From: an uncultured delta proteobacterium
Lineage (GTDB): Bacteria > Myxococcota_A > Polyangia > Polyangiales > JAFGIB01
DNA: 64,000 nt
NCBI GenBank assembly: GCA_963778655.1
Contig: CAVZVA010000010.1
Span: 448,001 to 512,000, forward strand
Reading direction: 5' to 3'
In this document: piece by piece, positions 9,868 to 18,551 of the stretch
How the letters are laid out: each line of letters opens with the position of its first letter
How positions within the stretch are numbered: position 1 is the first letter of the stretch
The notes under the pieces: model-generated
What the model saw: only the letters and a program-made list of their open reading frames with translations
The model's database searches: none
What the model was told of the DNA's origin: nothing
Program-made: the position numbers and the translations under genes

Positions 9868-10902
9868 ATGTCGCGACCCGGAGTCGCAGCCAAGCTGCTC
9901 GCAGAATACGGGGCGGTGAGTAGGAACGCGCTCCGCAAGTATCTTCAGGTGCGAGGAGCGCGCGGAGCGGAGTACCTCGGCGATGCGGTTCGCGACTACC
10001 CTGAGCGGGCGGGGCGCTCGCTTCGCTCGAGCTTGTGCATTGCCGTGGCGCGCGCGTACGGCGCCACTACCGACGATGCGCTCAATTCGGCGGTTGCGCT
10101 CGAGCTGCTGCACAACGCGTTCCTGGTTCACGACGACATCGAGGACGACAGCGAGGAGCGCCGTGGTCAGCCCACACTGCACGTTCTTCACGGCGCACCG
10201 ATCGCGATCAACGTCGGGGACGCGTTGAGCGTTCTGAGCTTGCAGCCTCTGTTGGACAACCGCAAAACCCTCGGCGTGAGGGTGTCACTGCGGATCATGG
10301 AGGAAGCCGAGCACATGGCGCGCGAGACCGTCGAAGGGCAGGCCATCGAGCTCGGATGGCGGGAGAACAACACCGTCGATCTCGGAGAAGAAGACTACCT
10401 GCGCATGGTGCTGAAGAAGACCTGCTGGTACTCGACGGTGTTCCCAATCCGGATCGGGGCATTGATCGGTACGCGGGACGGTATCGACCTCGAGCAATTT
10501 CTACGTTTTGGCTTCTTCGTAGGCGCGGCCTTCCAGATTCAGGACGACATGCTGAATCTCGTCGGCAACAGTCGGCGGTACGGCAAGGAGCTGGAAGGCG
10601 ACCTGTGGGAAGGCAAGCGGACGCTGATGATCGTGCACCTGCTCAATCAGGTCGACCCTGAAGAGCGTACCCGCCTTCGCGCGTTTCTCGGCCAAACGCG
10701 CAGGCAGAAGCGCGCTCAGGACGTGAGGTGGGTCCGAGGGCTGATGGATCGCTACGGCAGCCTCACCTATGCGAGCCAGCTGGCACACGCTCTGGCCGGC
10801 GCGGCGGATTGGGAGTTTCGTCGGACCTTTGCTGGCCTGCCGAAGTCGAGGGACCTGCAGTTTATCCGGGAGCTTCCGGCGTGGGCGATCCATCGGGCCT
10901 GA
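9868..10902 (+). CDS. Polyprenyl diphosphate synthase family protein
   Basis: First Asp-rich motif HDDIED, RRG, GQ, KKT; second motif variant FQIQDDMLN; EGKRT. Confidence 0.9.
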   Translation: MSRPGVAAKLLAEYGAVSRNALRKYLQVRGARGAEYLGDAVRDYPERAGRSLRSSLCIAVARAYGATTDDALNSAVALELLHNAFLVHDDIEDDSEERRGQPTLHVLHGAPIAINVGDALSVLSLQPLLDNRKTLGVRVSLRIMEEAEHMARETVEGQAIELGWRENNTVDLGEEDYLRMVLKKTCWYSTVFPIRIGALIGTRDGIDLEQFLRFGFFVGAAFQIQDDMLNLVGNSRRYGKELEGDLWEGKRTLMIVHLLNQVDPEERTRLRAFLGQTRRQKRAQDVRWVRGLMDRYGSLTYASQLAHALAGAADWEFRRTFAGLPKSRDLQFIRELPAWAIHRA

Positions 10903-13900
10903 GCGGGATCGCGGCCGCGAGCTCGCGCGCCTGGTCCAAGACCGGTGCGTCGCCGTTGGCGATCGATCGGCAGCCAGCGTCGAGAATCTGCGCCGCGCGC
11001 GCCGGCTCTCCGCGCTCGAGCAACCAGGTCGCGTAGCTCGTGGCCGTGCGCAGCTCCCACAGAGCGCCACCGCTGGCATGCGCGACTTCGATCGACTCCA
11101 GAAAGCAGGCTTCGGCCTGGGCTTCGGTGCGCGGCTCCTGCAGCAGCAGTTGTGCTTTGAGCCTCAGCAGCTCGGGAACCGAGAGTCGATCGAGGTTCTT
11201 GTCGCTCAACGCCAATCCTTCTTCGACGGTCGCCAGGCCCTTCTCGGTTGCGCCTGAACGGTGGCAAGCGTCGGCACGTTTCGTAAGCGCGTTGGGCAGG
11301 CCGGTGAAGGCGCCGATCGAACGGTACAACTGGACCCCCTGCTCGATCAGCTTCATCCCTTCCTCGAGCTTCGAACGATCGCACAGGGCCGCGCCGTGTT
11401 GGACCTGACAGCTCGCCTGCCAGAACACAAGCTGATGCTCCGTGGCGAGCGCCATCCCCTGTTCAGAAAGCGCGAGGGCTCGATCGGTATCGCCGATGTC
11501 ATTCGCGATCGACGCGCCGAAGGAGAGCGCCATGACCGTGAGGTAGGGCGTGTTGGCTCGCTCGGTGAGGGTCCAGAGCCCGTTCCAGGTGGTTTGAGCG
11601 TCCTCGAAGCGCCCCGCGACGTACTCTGCCCAGCTCAAGTACAGATGAGGATAGAGGGCATTGTCGTAGCCATGGTCGCGCGGCAACGTGAGCAGCATCT
11701 CGGGCTCGAATTCGCGGGCTGCGCCCTGCAGCGCGGAAATCGCCTTGGCGATCCGGCCGCACCAGAACGCGTGGCTGCCGACGGCGGCCAGCAAGATCAG
11801 CCGCTCGCAAGGATTGCGCCCGCTTTCGGCGATCTGCTCGAAGCGCGCGGCCATGCGCTCGGTACTTGCGCGATCGCCACGCGTGATCTGCACGCCCCAG
11901 ATCCCGAACAGCACGCGCAGTGGTGGATCGACCTCGGTGCACAACGCGAGCGCCCTGTCGTAGACCTTCTCGACCTCTGTCGCCGCGTAGCCCTTGGTCA
12001 TCAACAGCGGCAAACCGAGCGCAGTCAACAGGCCCAGCTCTCGGCTATTGCGGGCCTTGCCTTCGGGGAGCTCCCGCAGCTGTGCCAGTGCGCTCTGAAA
12101 GTGGTTGATGGATTCCGCGTAGGCCTGAGAGCTGAACGCCAGGTTGCCAGCGCGTTCGAAGTAGTCGATGGCCAACTCCGGAAGATTCGCCCGCGCGTGG
12201 TGGAGCGCGATCAGATGCGGTTGAGTCTCCGCAACCTCGGGAAACAGATCGCGGAGCACGCTCGCGGCTCGATGGTGGTACTGACGCCGTCTGCTCTTCA
12301 GAAGCGATTGGTAGGCGGTTTCCTGGATCAGGGCGTGCTTGAAACGGTAGACGCGACCGCCGCGCTCCTCGCCTGGCAGAATCAGCTCAGCGTCTATCAG
12401 TCGGCGTAGGCCCGCGTTGAGAGCGGCATCGTCCATGAGCGACACCGCGCGCAGCACGCGCTCGGAGAATTCACGCCCTAGCACGGCCGCGAGCTGGGCG
12501 ACTGTCTTGCTATCGCCGGTTCGATCGAGGCGGGCCATCAACGAGTCCTGCACGGTCGCTGGGACCACGGACTCGGGGAGCGCGCCCGAGAGCTCATAGT
12601 GGTCGTTGACCGGGAGCAGGGCCTTCGACTCCAGAATCGCCTTGGTGACCTCTTCGAGGTAAAGCGGTATGCCGTCCGTCAACTCGATGACGCGGTCGAG
12701 CACCGCGCGCGGAAGCTTCCGATTTTGCGCGCTGCGGTCGATCAAGCGCTCCGCGAAGTCACGAGGCAGCCGTCGCAGTGTGATGAACTTCGTGCAAGCT
12801 GCAGGCCAGTCCGGAACGAACTCGGGACGGCCGGTTGCAAGAAGTAGAATGGGCCCGCTGTCGGCGGCGCCGACGTAGCTCCCGAGCAGCTCGAGCGTGG
12901 AGGGGTCTGCCCACTGCAAATCCTCGATCAAGAGCAGCACCGGGGCGTGCCGCGCCAGGGAACGCAGCCACGCCATGAGGCTCTGCATCGTCCGCTGGCG
13001 CCTGACCTGAGGCGTGAGCGTGGCCTGGGCCAGGTGCTCGGGTATCGGGATTGACAAGACCGACGCCAAAAATGGCACGACGTCGGCGTTGAGCTCGAGC
13101 TCCTCGCCGTATCGGCGCAAGCCTTCGAATCGCTGCGTCGGATCCGAGACCCCGGTCAGCTGTGCTGCGGACTCCAGCGCGCTCGCGATGGGGCGAAGAA
13201 CGGCGTTCTGGTCGAGCACGGAGCAATAGCTTTCAACCACCGTGCAACGGCCCGAGAGCCGCTGCTTGAGGGCCTGTGCCTGGTGGGATTTTCCGATGCC
13301 CGGTTCCCCGCAGAGCACGACGGCGCGCAGAGAGCCGGTTTGGAGCACGCTTTCCCACTGCTGCTCGAGCTCCGTTGTTTCGGAGTCGCGGCCCACCAAT
13401 GGAGCAAGGCTCAGGCTGGCTGCGCGGAGCCTGCTCTGAGCGCCCGTGGCGCCCAGCACCTTATGCACCGCAACCGGCTGGTCGAAGCCCTTGACCGTAA
13501 GCTCTCCGAGCGGCTGAGTCTCGAAATAGCCGGCGATCCGTTTGTGGGTCGCTTCGCTGACGACGACGGTGCTCGGTTCCGCAAGCTGTTGGAGTCGAGC
13601 CGCGAGGTTCGGCGCTTCTCCTAGCGCCAGGGGATCGTGGCTCGCCCCGGTTTGCGACACGACCACGATGCCGGTATGGATGCCGATGCGAGCTTGAAGC
13701 GTCACGGGCACCTTGATGGTCAGGCGAGCGCCGAGTGACTTCATGCCTTCGTGAATGGCGAGCGCCGCTTGGGTCGCGCGGCGCGGATCGTCCTCGTGGG
13801 CCTCGGGGTATCCGAAGTAGACCAGGACCCCGTCGCCCAGATATTGGGCGACGATGCCTCCGAGCTCGGTGACGATACCGCTGCAGAGCGCCTGGTACTC

Positions 13901-14158
13901 GTTCAGCAGGTCGCGATAATCCTCCGTGTCGAGCGCGCGCGACATCGCGGTCGAGCCCACGAGGTCGCTGAACATCACCGTCAGCTGGCGACGCTCGGCC
14001 TCGCCTCGCGCCATTCTGATCGCAACGCTCGCCGCCAAGGCCGCGCCGCACTGATTGCAGAACCGGGCGTTGCCGGGGTTCTGCGCGGCGCAGCTGTGGC
14101 AGCCCACGTGCCTCCCGGGCCGTGCCTCCTCCATGCCGAGGAGTCGTGTACCATGCAT
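10862..14158 (-). CDS. Zn-ribbon + class III nucleotide cyclase + STAND/AAA ATPase + TPR protein
   Basis: CHSC..CNQC; ERRQLTVMFSDLVGST, YLGDG, RIGIHTG, PNLAARLQ; Walker A GEPGIGKS; Walker B LLLIEDLQWAD; helical repeats; start may be 14134 or 14108. Confidence 0.9.
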   Translation of the reverse strand: MHGTRLLGMEEARPGRHVGCHSCAAQNPGNARFCNQCGAALAASVAIRMARGEAERRQLTVMFSDLVGSTAMSRALDTEDYRDLLNEYQALCSGIVTELGGIVAQYLGDGVLVYFGYPEAHEDDPRRATQAALAIHEGMKSLGARLTIKVPVTLQARIGIHTGIVVVSQTGASHDPLALGEAPNLAARLQQLAEPSTVVVSEATHKRIAGYFETQPLGELTVKGFDQPVAVHKVLGATGAQSRLRAASLSLAPLVGRDSETTELEQQWESVLQTGSLRAVVLCGEPGIGKSHQAQALKQRLSGRCTVVESYCSVLDQNAVLRPIASALESAAQLTGVSDPTQRFEGLRRYGEELELNADVVPFLASVLSIPIPEHLAQATLTPQVRRQRTMQSLMAWLRSLARHAPVLLLIEDLQWADPSTLELLGSYVGAADSGPILLLATGRPEFVPDWPAACTKFITLRRLPRDFAERLIDRSAQNRKLPRAVLDRVIELTDGIPLYLEEVTKAILESKALLPVNDHYELSGALPESVVPATVQDSLMARLDRTGDSKTVAQLAAVLGREFSERVLRAVSLMDDAALNAGLRRLIDAELILPGEERGGRVYRFKHALIQETAYQSLLKSRRRQYHHRAASVLRDLFPEVAETQPHLIALHHARANLPELAIDYFERAGNLAFSSQAYAESINHFQSALAQLRELPEGKARNSRELGLLTALGLPLLMTKGYAATEVEKVYDRALALCTEVDPPLRVLFGIWGVQITRGDRASTERMAARFEQIAESGRNPCERLILLAAVGSHAFWCGRIAKAISALQGAAREFEPEMLLTLPRDHGYDNALYPHLYLSWAEYVAGRFEDAQTTWNGLWTLTERANTPYLTVMALSFGASIANDIGDTDRALALSEQGMALATEHQLVFWQASCQVQHGAALCDRSKLEEGMKLIEQGVQLYRSIGAFTGLPNALTKRADACHRSGATEKGLATVEEGLALSDKNLDRLSVPELLRLKAQLLLQEPRTEAQAEACFLESIEVAHASGGALWELRTATSYATWLLERGEPARAAQILDAGCRSIANGDAPVLDQARELAAAIPLRPDGSPTPEAPG

Positions 14159-14210
14159 CGGCCAATTATGCGCTTCACGTCCGTTGGGTTTTCTCGGGAG
14201 GGGGCGGTTC

Positions 14211-15275
14211 GTGCGCGATCGGTTGCTGATCTACGGGGCCTGCGGCTACACGGGCCGGCTGATCGTGCAGGAGGCCTTGGCGCGCGGCTTGCGGCCCGTG
14301 GTCGGGGGCCGAACGGGGGCCCGGCTCGCCGCGCTGGCCGCCCCGAATCAGCTCGGCTACAGGGTCGCCGCGCTCGAGGACCGAGCTGCGGTCGACGCGC
14401 TGCTCGACGATGTGGACGTGGTGCTGAACGCCGCCGGACCGTTTCGCGCAACCGCGTTGCCCCTGGCTAGAGCGTGCATCGAGCGCGGTCTTCACTATCT
14501 CGACATCTGTGGCGAATTCACCGTGTTCGAAGCCCTGGCCTCGCTCGATCGCGAGGCGCGTCGAAGCGCCGCAATGCTCCTTCCCGGCGTCGGCTTCGAC
14601 ATCGTCTTGACCGACTCTGCTGCGACCCTGGCCACCCGGCGCCTGCCGCGCGCCAAGAGCCTGGCGATCGGATTGACCGGGCTCAACGCAATTTCGCGGG
14701 GCTCGGCCGAAACCGTGCTCGACCAGTTCGCAGAGCCGGTAACGGTCCGCAGGGGCGGGCAACTGGTCCAGGTTGCGCCGGGTGACTTGATGCGCGATTT
14801 CGATTTTGGCGAAGGTCCGAAGCGCGCCACTGCGTTGAGTTGGGCCGACGTGTCCTCCGCGTACTACTCGACCGGGATCCGGGACATCACCGTCTACTAC
14901 GAGGTTACCCCCATCGTGGAGCTCGGGCTGAGCCTCAAGCGAAATGCGGGTTGGGTCCTGAAGACACCGTCGGCACGACTACTACAAGGGACGATGGCTC
15001 GGCTCTTGCCCGACGGTCCCTCCGGCGAAGCCCGTGCGCGCGGCGCTGCTGCGATCGTCGCAGAAGTGGCTGACTCGCGCGGCCGCTCCGCGGCAATCCG
15101 CGTCCACAGCCCGGAAGTGTATTCGTTTACTGCTTTGGCATCGATCGCGATTGCCGATCGGGTATTGAGTGGGGACTACACGGCGGGGTTTCAGACGCCG
15201 GCCCTGGCCTTCGGACCGGAATACGGTTTGTCGCTGCCCGGAGTGCGCATTGTTGAAACGGCGTGCGATCGTTGA
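14211..15275 (+). CDS. Saccharopine dehydrogenase-like / trans-acting enoyl reductase family oxidoreductase
   Basis: LIYGACGYTG, NAAGPF, HYLDICGE and PGVGFD motifs; GTG at 14211 after GGGAGG. Confidence 0.85.
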   Translation: MRDRLLIYGACGYTGRLIVQEALARGLRPVVGGRTGARLAALAAPNQLGYRVAALEDRAAVDALLDDVDVVLNAAGPFRATALPLARACIERGLHYLDICGEFTVFEALASLDREARRSAAMLLPGVGFDIVLTDSAATLATRRLPRAKSLAIGLTGLNAISRGSAETVLDQFAEPVTVRRGGQLVQVAPGDLMRDFDFGEGPKRATALSWADVSSAYYSTGIRDITVYYEVTPIVELGLSLKRNAGWVLKTPSARLLQGTMARLLPDGPSGEARARGAAAIVAEVADSRGRSAAIRVHSPEVYSFTALASIAIADRVLSGDYTAGFQTPALAFGPEYGLSLPGVRIVETACDR

Positions 15276-15304
15276 CTCGAAACCTTCCGGAAGATAATGG
15301 CGGC

Positions 15305-16087
15305 TCACGCACGCTGGCGAGCAACCCATCCGCTGAGCGCACGGACGAGCCAGCGCGGTTGGTGGCGAACGATCTCCGCGAACATCTGGTTAGCCGCCCC
15401 GCTCACGTACACCGGCATGCCGCTCATGCAGGCGCGGTAACCGTCGCAAGCAACCTGCTCGGCGGAGCTGACCGCGAAGGACGGGAGCCAGGAAGCGTCC
15501 CCGGCCGTGGACATCATGTCCGTGTCCGTGAAGCCCGGACAGAGCGCGGTTGCGGTCACGCCGGTGCCCTTGAGCTCTTCGCACAACGCTTCTGTGAAGT
15601 GCAACACATACGCTTTGCTGCCCGCATAGGCGGCAAGCCGCGCCAGCGGTTGAAAGGCCGCGATCGACGCAACATTCAAGATTCGCCCGCGGCCACGTTC
15701 GAGCATCGGCCCCAGGCAGAGCTGCGTTAGCACGGTAGGCACGATCACGTTGAGCTGCAGCAGGGCCCGGTGGGAGCGCAGCGCGATGTCCTTGAAATCT
15801 CCAGCGAACAGCACACCGGCGTTGTTGACCAACACGTCCACGTGAAGCCTGCGCCGCCGGAGCGCGCTCAGCAACGCTTGTGGGGCACCGGAACGGGCAA
15901 GATCATTAGTGAGCGGAATCACACGAACGCCATGTTGACGCGAAAGCTCCCGCGCGAGGAGCTGTAGTTTGTCGCGACTGCGCGCAACGACCACGAGGTC
16001 GTGTCCCTCTTCGGCAAACACCCGCGCCAGGGCAAGCCCGATCCCGCTCGATGCCCCGGTGATGAGCGCGACGTCCTTGAGCATCAA
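15305..16087 (-). CDS. Short-chain dehydrogenase/reductase
   Basis: TGASSGIG, NNAG, catalytic YAGSK and CPGFTDT motifs. Confidence 0.92.
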   Translation of the reverse strand: MMLKDVALITGASSGIGLALARVFAEEGHDLVVVARSRDKLQLLARELSRQHGVRVIPLTNDLARSGAPQALLSALRRRRLHVDVLVNNAGVLFAGDFKDIALRSHRALLQLNVIVPTVLTQLCLGPMLERGRGRILNVASIAAFQPLARLAAYAGSKAYVLHFTEALCEELKGTGVTATALCPGFTDTDMMSTAGDASWLPSFAVSSAEQVACDGYRACMSGMPVYVSGAANQMFAEIVRHQPRWLVRALSGWVARQRA

Positions 16088-16198
16088 ATGGCTTCCCGTT
16101 CAGCGAGGGGCGAGAGAGAGACAGTCCATGACATGACTCATTCACGCCAACAGACGAGTGGACTATAGCTCGCTAGCGCTTCCATCGGTATTGTCACC

Positions 16199-17305
16199 AT
16201 GGTTCGTGTGGAGTACGAAGCAGGGCTGGGGGCAGCAGTCATGCATCAGCTCGAGGCCTTGTTCAATCTCGACTACCACTTGGCCGTGCTGCGTGCGCGG
16301 ACGGGTGATCCGCGCTACCGGGAGTGGCTCAAGCGCCGTCCCGCCGAGGGTTCGGATGAAGCGCGCAGCTTGGGTCTAGCGGTCAAGCCGCTTGAAGCGT
16401 TGGCTACAAGCTTGGGCAAGTTGGACGACAGGCACCTCCGCCATGCCCTCGGAACCAGCGCAAGCGCGATCGCCATAGCGCATCGTGCCAAGGATAAAGA
16501 GCTCAAGCTTTGGTCGGCTCTCGGGCAGCAACTGCCTCAGTTCAAGCGCCGTTGGTTGGACCTGGAAGCCGACCTGAAGAAGCTCGAACCGGCGGAAGCT
16601 TATCTCACGGCCGCGTTCACTTCCGGCTGCAATGTGTCAAACGTACGCTGTGATTTCAGCTTCGACTCGTTCGAAGTGACGACGATCTCGGTGTCGTTCG
16701 ACGTCAACCGTCCGATCAGAGACTTCGTCAAGAGTTATGACCCCAGAATGTGGCACATAGAGGCTCCCGAGTGTTTCAGGGTTAGTGCTCGAATTGCCGA
16801 TGCGGACTGCACGAAGCTGATCCCGGGCTCTACCAAGGCCCCACCGCCGCCCCAGCTTCCCAGCCCTCAACAAGCGAAGGCCGAGGCGGGGAAGCCGGGG
16901 CGATTTCGACTCTATGAGAACGCGGTGACTGCAGCCGGCGGTGGCGGTGCAAGCGTGCCCGCGCTCGCCGACTTCAGGAATGTCCTCTCGATCGCCTATT
17001 GTGTCGTGCCCAAATCCGGTGAAAGCGCAGAGCCTGCCGAGATTAGGCTCACCTACGCGTTGTCCGAGGCGATCACCATGAGTGTCACAGGAACAGCAAC
17101 CGCTGGCGGATTGGATGTGGACAGCGGGCACGCCTGCATTACCAGACTATCGGATAGCGCAGTCCACATCGAGGCGAGCAAGAGCGTCCGAATTGCCCGG
17201 CCGCCTTGGCTTCGTGACTGGCTGAACTTCAACATGGCCGCCATCTTGCCTTTCTGGTTCCTGAATCTGGTATTACTCGGTGCCTGCAGGAATCAGGGCG
17301 CCTAG
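16199..17305 (+). CDS. Hypothetical protein, possible START/SRPBCC-like C-terminal domain
   Basis: 368-aa ORF with protein-like composition; fold inferred from strand/helix pattern only. Confidence 0.7.
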   Translation: MVRVEYEAGLGAAVMHQLEALFNLDYHLAVLRARTGDPRYREWLKRRPAEGSDEARSLGLAVKPLEALATSLGKLDDRHLRHALGTSASAIAIAHRAKDKELKLWSALGQQLPQFKRRWLDLEADLKKLEPAEAYLTAAFTSGCNVSNVRCDFSFDSFEVTTISVSFDVNRPIRDFVKSYDPRMWHIEAPECFRVSARIADADCTKLIPGSTKAPPPPQLPSPQQAKAEAGKPGRFRLYENAVTAAGGGGASVPALADFRNVLSIAYCVVPKSGESAEPAEIRLTYALSEAITMSVTGTATAGGLDVDSGHACITRLSDSAVHIEASKSVRIARPPWLRDWLNFNMAAILPFWFLNLVLLGACRNQGA

Positions 17306-17321
17306 TGAGCAAGGAGGATAC

Positions 17322-17741
17322 ATGGCACCACGTCACGAGCGAGCGAAGGCCAATCTAGCCTCCATCAGGGCGAGACCGGTGGATTTTGTCAAAGCCTGCC
17401 AGGGCCACGTCGCCGATGTCCGCGATGTCTATGCTGACGCCTTGAGCGGAAAGTCCACGGCTGCCCAGAGCTTCGCCGATGCTGCCGCGCTCTGGATCAA
17501 CGGCGTGGCCCTGATAGGAGCATTCTACGGGTTCCCGGTAGCGACCGGCGGCTGTGAGGCGGCGGCCGAAGACTCTACACCCGTGGCTGAGAGCGCCCGT
17601 GCGGCTGGGGGTGCTGGTGACGGCTCCGGGGTAGCGGCTGGAGACTCCACACCGGCGGCTGAGAACGCCACTGTGACCAGGAGCACCGCACGAACCGTGG
17701 CTACGAAAGCCAGACGCACGGCCAAGAGGAGAGGCGGGTAG
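17322..17741 (+). CDS. Hypothetical protein with helical N-terminus and low-complexity acidic-then-basic tail
   Basis: AAGGAGG RBS at 17311-17317, ATG at 17322; tightly spaced between neighbours. Confidence 0.7.
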   Translation: MAPRHERAKANLASIRARPVDFVKACQGHVADVRDVYADALSGKSTAAQSFADAAALWINGVALIGAFYGFPVATGGCEAAAEDSTPVAESARAAGGAGDGSGVAAGDSTPAAENATVTRSTARTVATKARRTAKRRGG

Positions 17742-17745
17742 TCCG

Positions 17746-18309
17746 ATGGCGGTGGGCTCGGGCAGCGGCGGGGATCGGCGACGGCGGGCCACGCGTACGC
17801 TCGTGCGCGCTACCACGCACCTGGAGCAGTATCTCGACCATCTGGTGACGCTGACTCAAGACTCGGCGGCAGTCGCGGGCGAGATGCTCGAGTCGGAAGA
17901 CTACTCCTTCAGCCGCTGGGTGGCGGACGTGCTTGCGTTGTCGATCAACGCCTGGGCGCCGGTCATTCGCTGCCTCGACCGTGGTGGCCAGGACGATCCA
18001 GGCTCGTCGTTGACGCTCTGGTTCGACATCAGGAGCGAAATGGCGGGGCCGCGGTTCGTCAGCCTGCCCGCGGCCGGAATGAAGGTGGTGGGCAAGACGG
18101 ATCTGATGGGCGGGGCCGGAGGCAAGATCTTGAAGTCTCAAGTGGTGCTGCGGATCACCGGCGACCAGCAGCTGATCGTCAGCCTGCGCGACCTACGGGG
18201 GCAGGCACCTGGCATATATCAGGGCACGGTGACCCTGGCGGACTCCGCCGGTCAGCGCGTCAAGTGGCCAATCGTTGCGATCTGCAAGGAGACGCTGTGG
18301 TGGCAGTAA
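17746..18309 (+). CDS. Hypothetical protein with helical N-terminus and beta-rich C-terminus
   Basis: ATG 4 nt after the upstream stop, with GGAGAGG upstream. Confidence 0.7.
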   Translation: MAVGSGSGGDRRRRATRTLVRATTHLEQYLDHLVTLTQDSAAVAGEMLESEDYSFSRWVADVLALSINAWAPVIRCLDRGGQDDPGSSLTLWFDIRSEMAGPRFVSLPAAGMKVVGKTDLMGGAGGKILKSQVVLRITGDQQLIVSLRDLRGQAPGIYQGTVTLADSAGQRVKWPIVAICKETLWWQ

Positions 18310-18325
18310 CGAGGTCGCCTGTCGC

Positions 18326-18496
18326 CTAGAGCACCGAACATATTGAAACACGCACGATTTCGGGGCCCTCGCGGGCGCATGGCACGCGCGCTCCCCGCTC
18401 GACGTAGGATGGACTACGCCTTCGGGCTCCCGCCCGCACCCTGCATCCCGCCATGACCCCGACTTCGCACACGTTTCAATATGTTCGGTGCTCTAG
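18326..18496. mobile_element. MITE-like element family 1, copy 1 (171 bp)
   Basis: Perfect 24-bp terminal inverted repeat CTAGAGCACCGAACATATTGAAAC; four near-identical copies in the window. Confidence 0.85.
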
Positions 18497-18551
18497 CGTA
18501 ATCGGCGTGGACCGAGCGGGACGCGCTTGACCCCACCCTGACTCGACCGGC

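Noticed and set aside
6904..10902. Ordinary carotenoid or hopanoid operon
   Set aside because: No CrtB/HpnCD, squalene-hopene cyclase or lycopene cyclase motifs in the window
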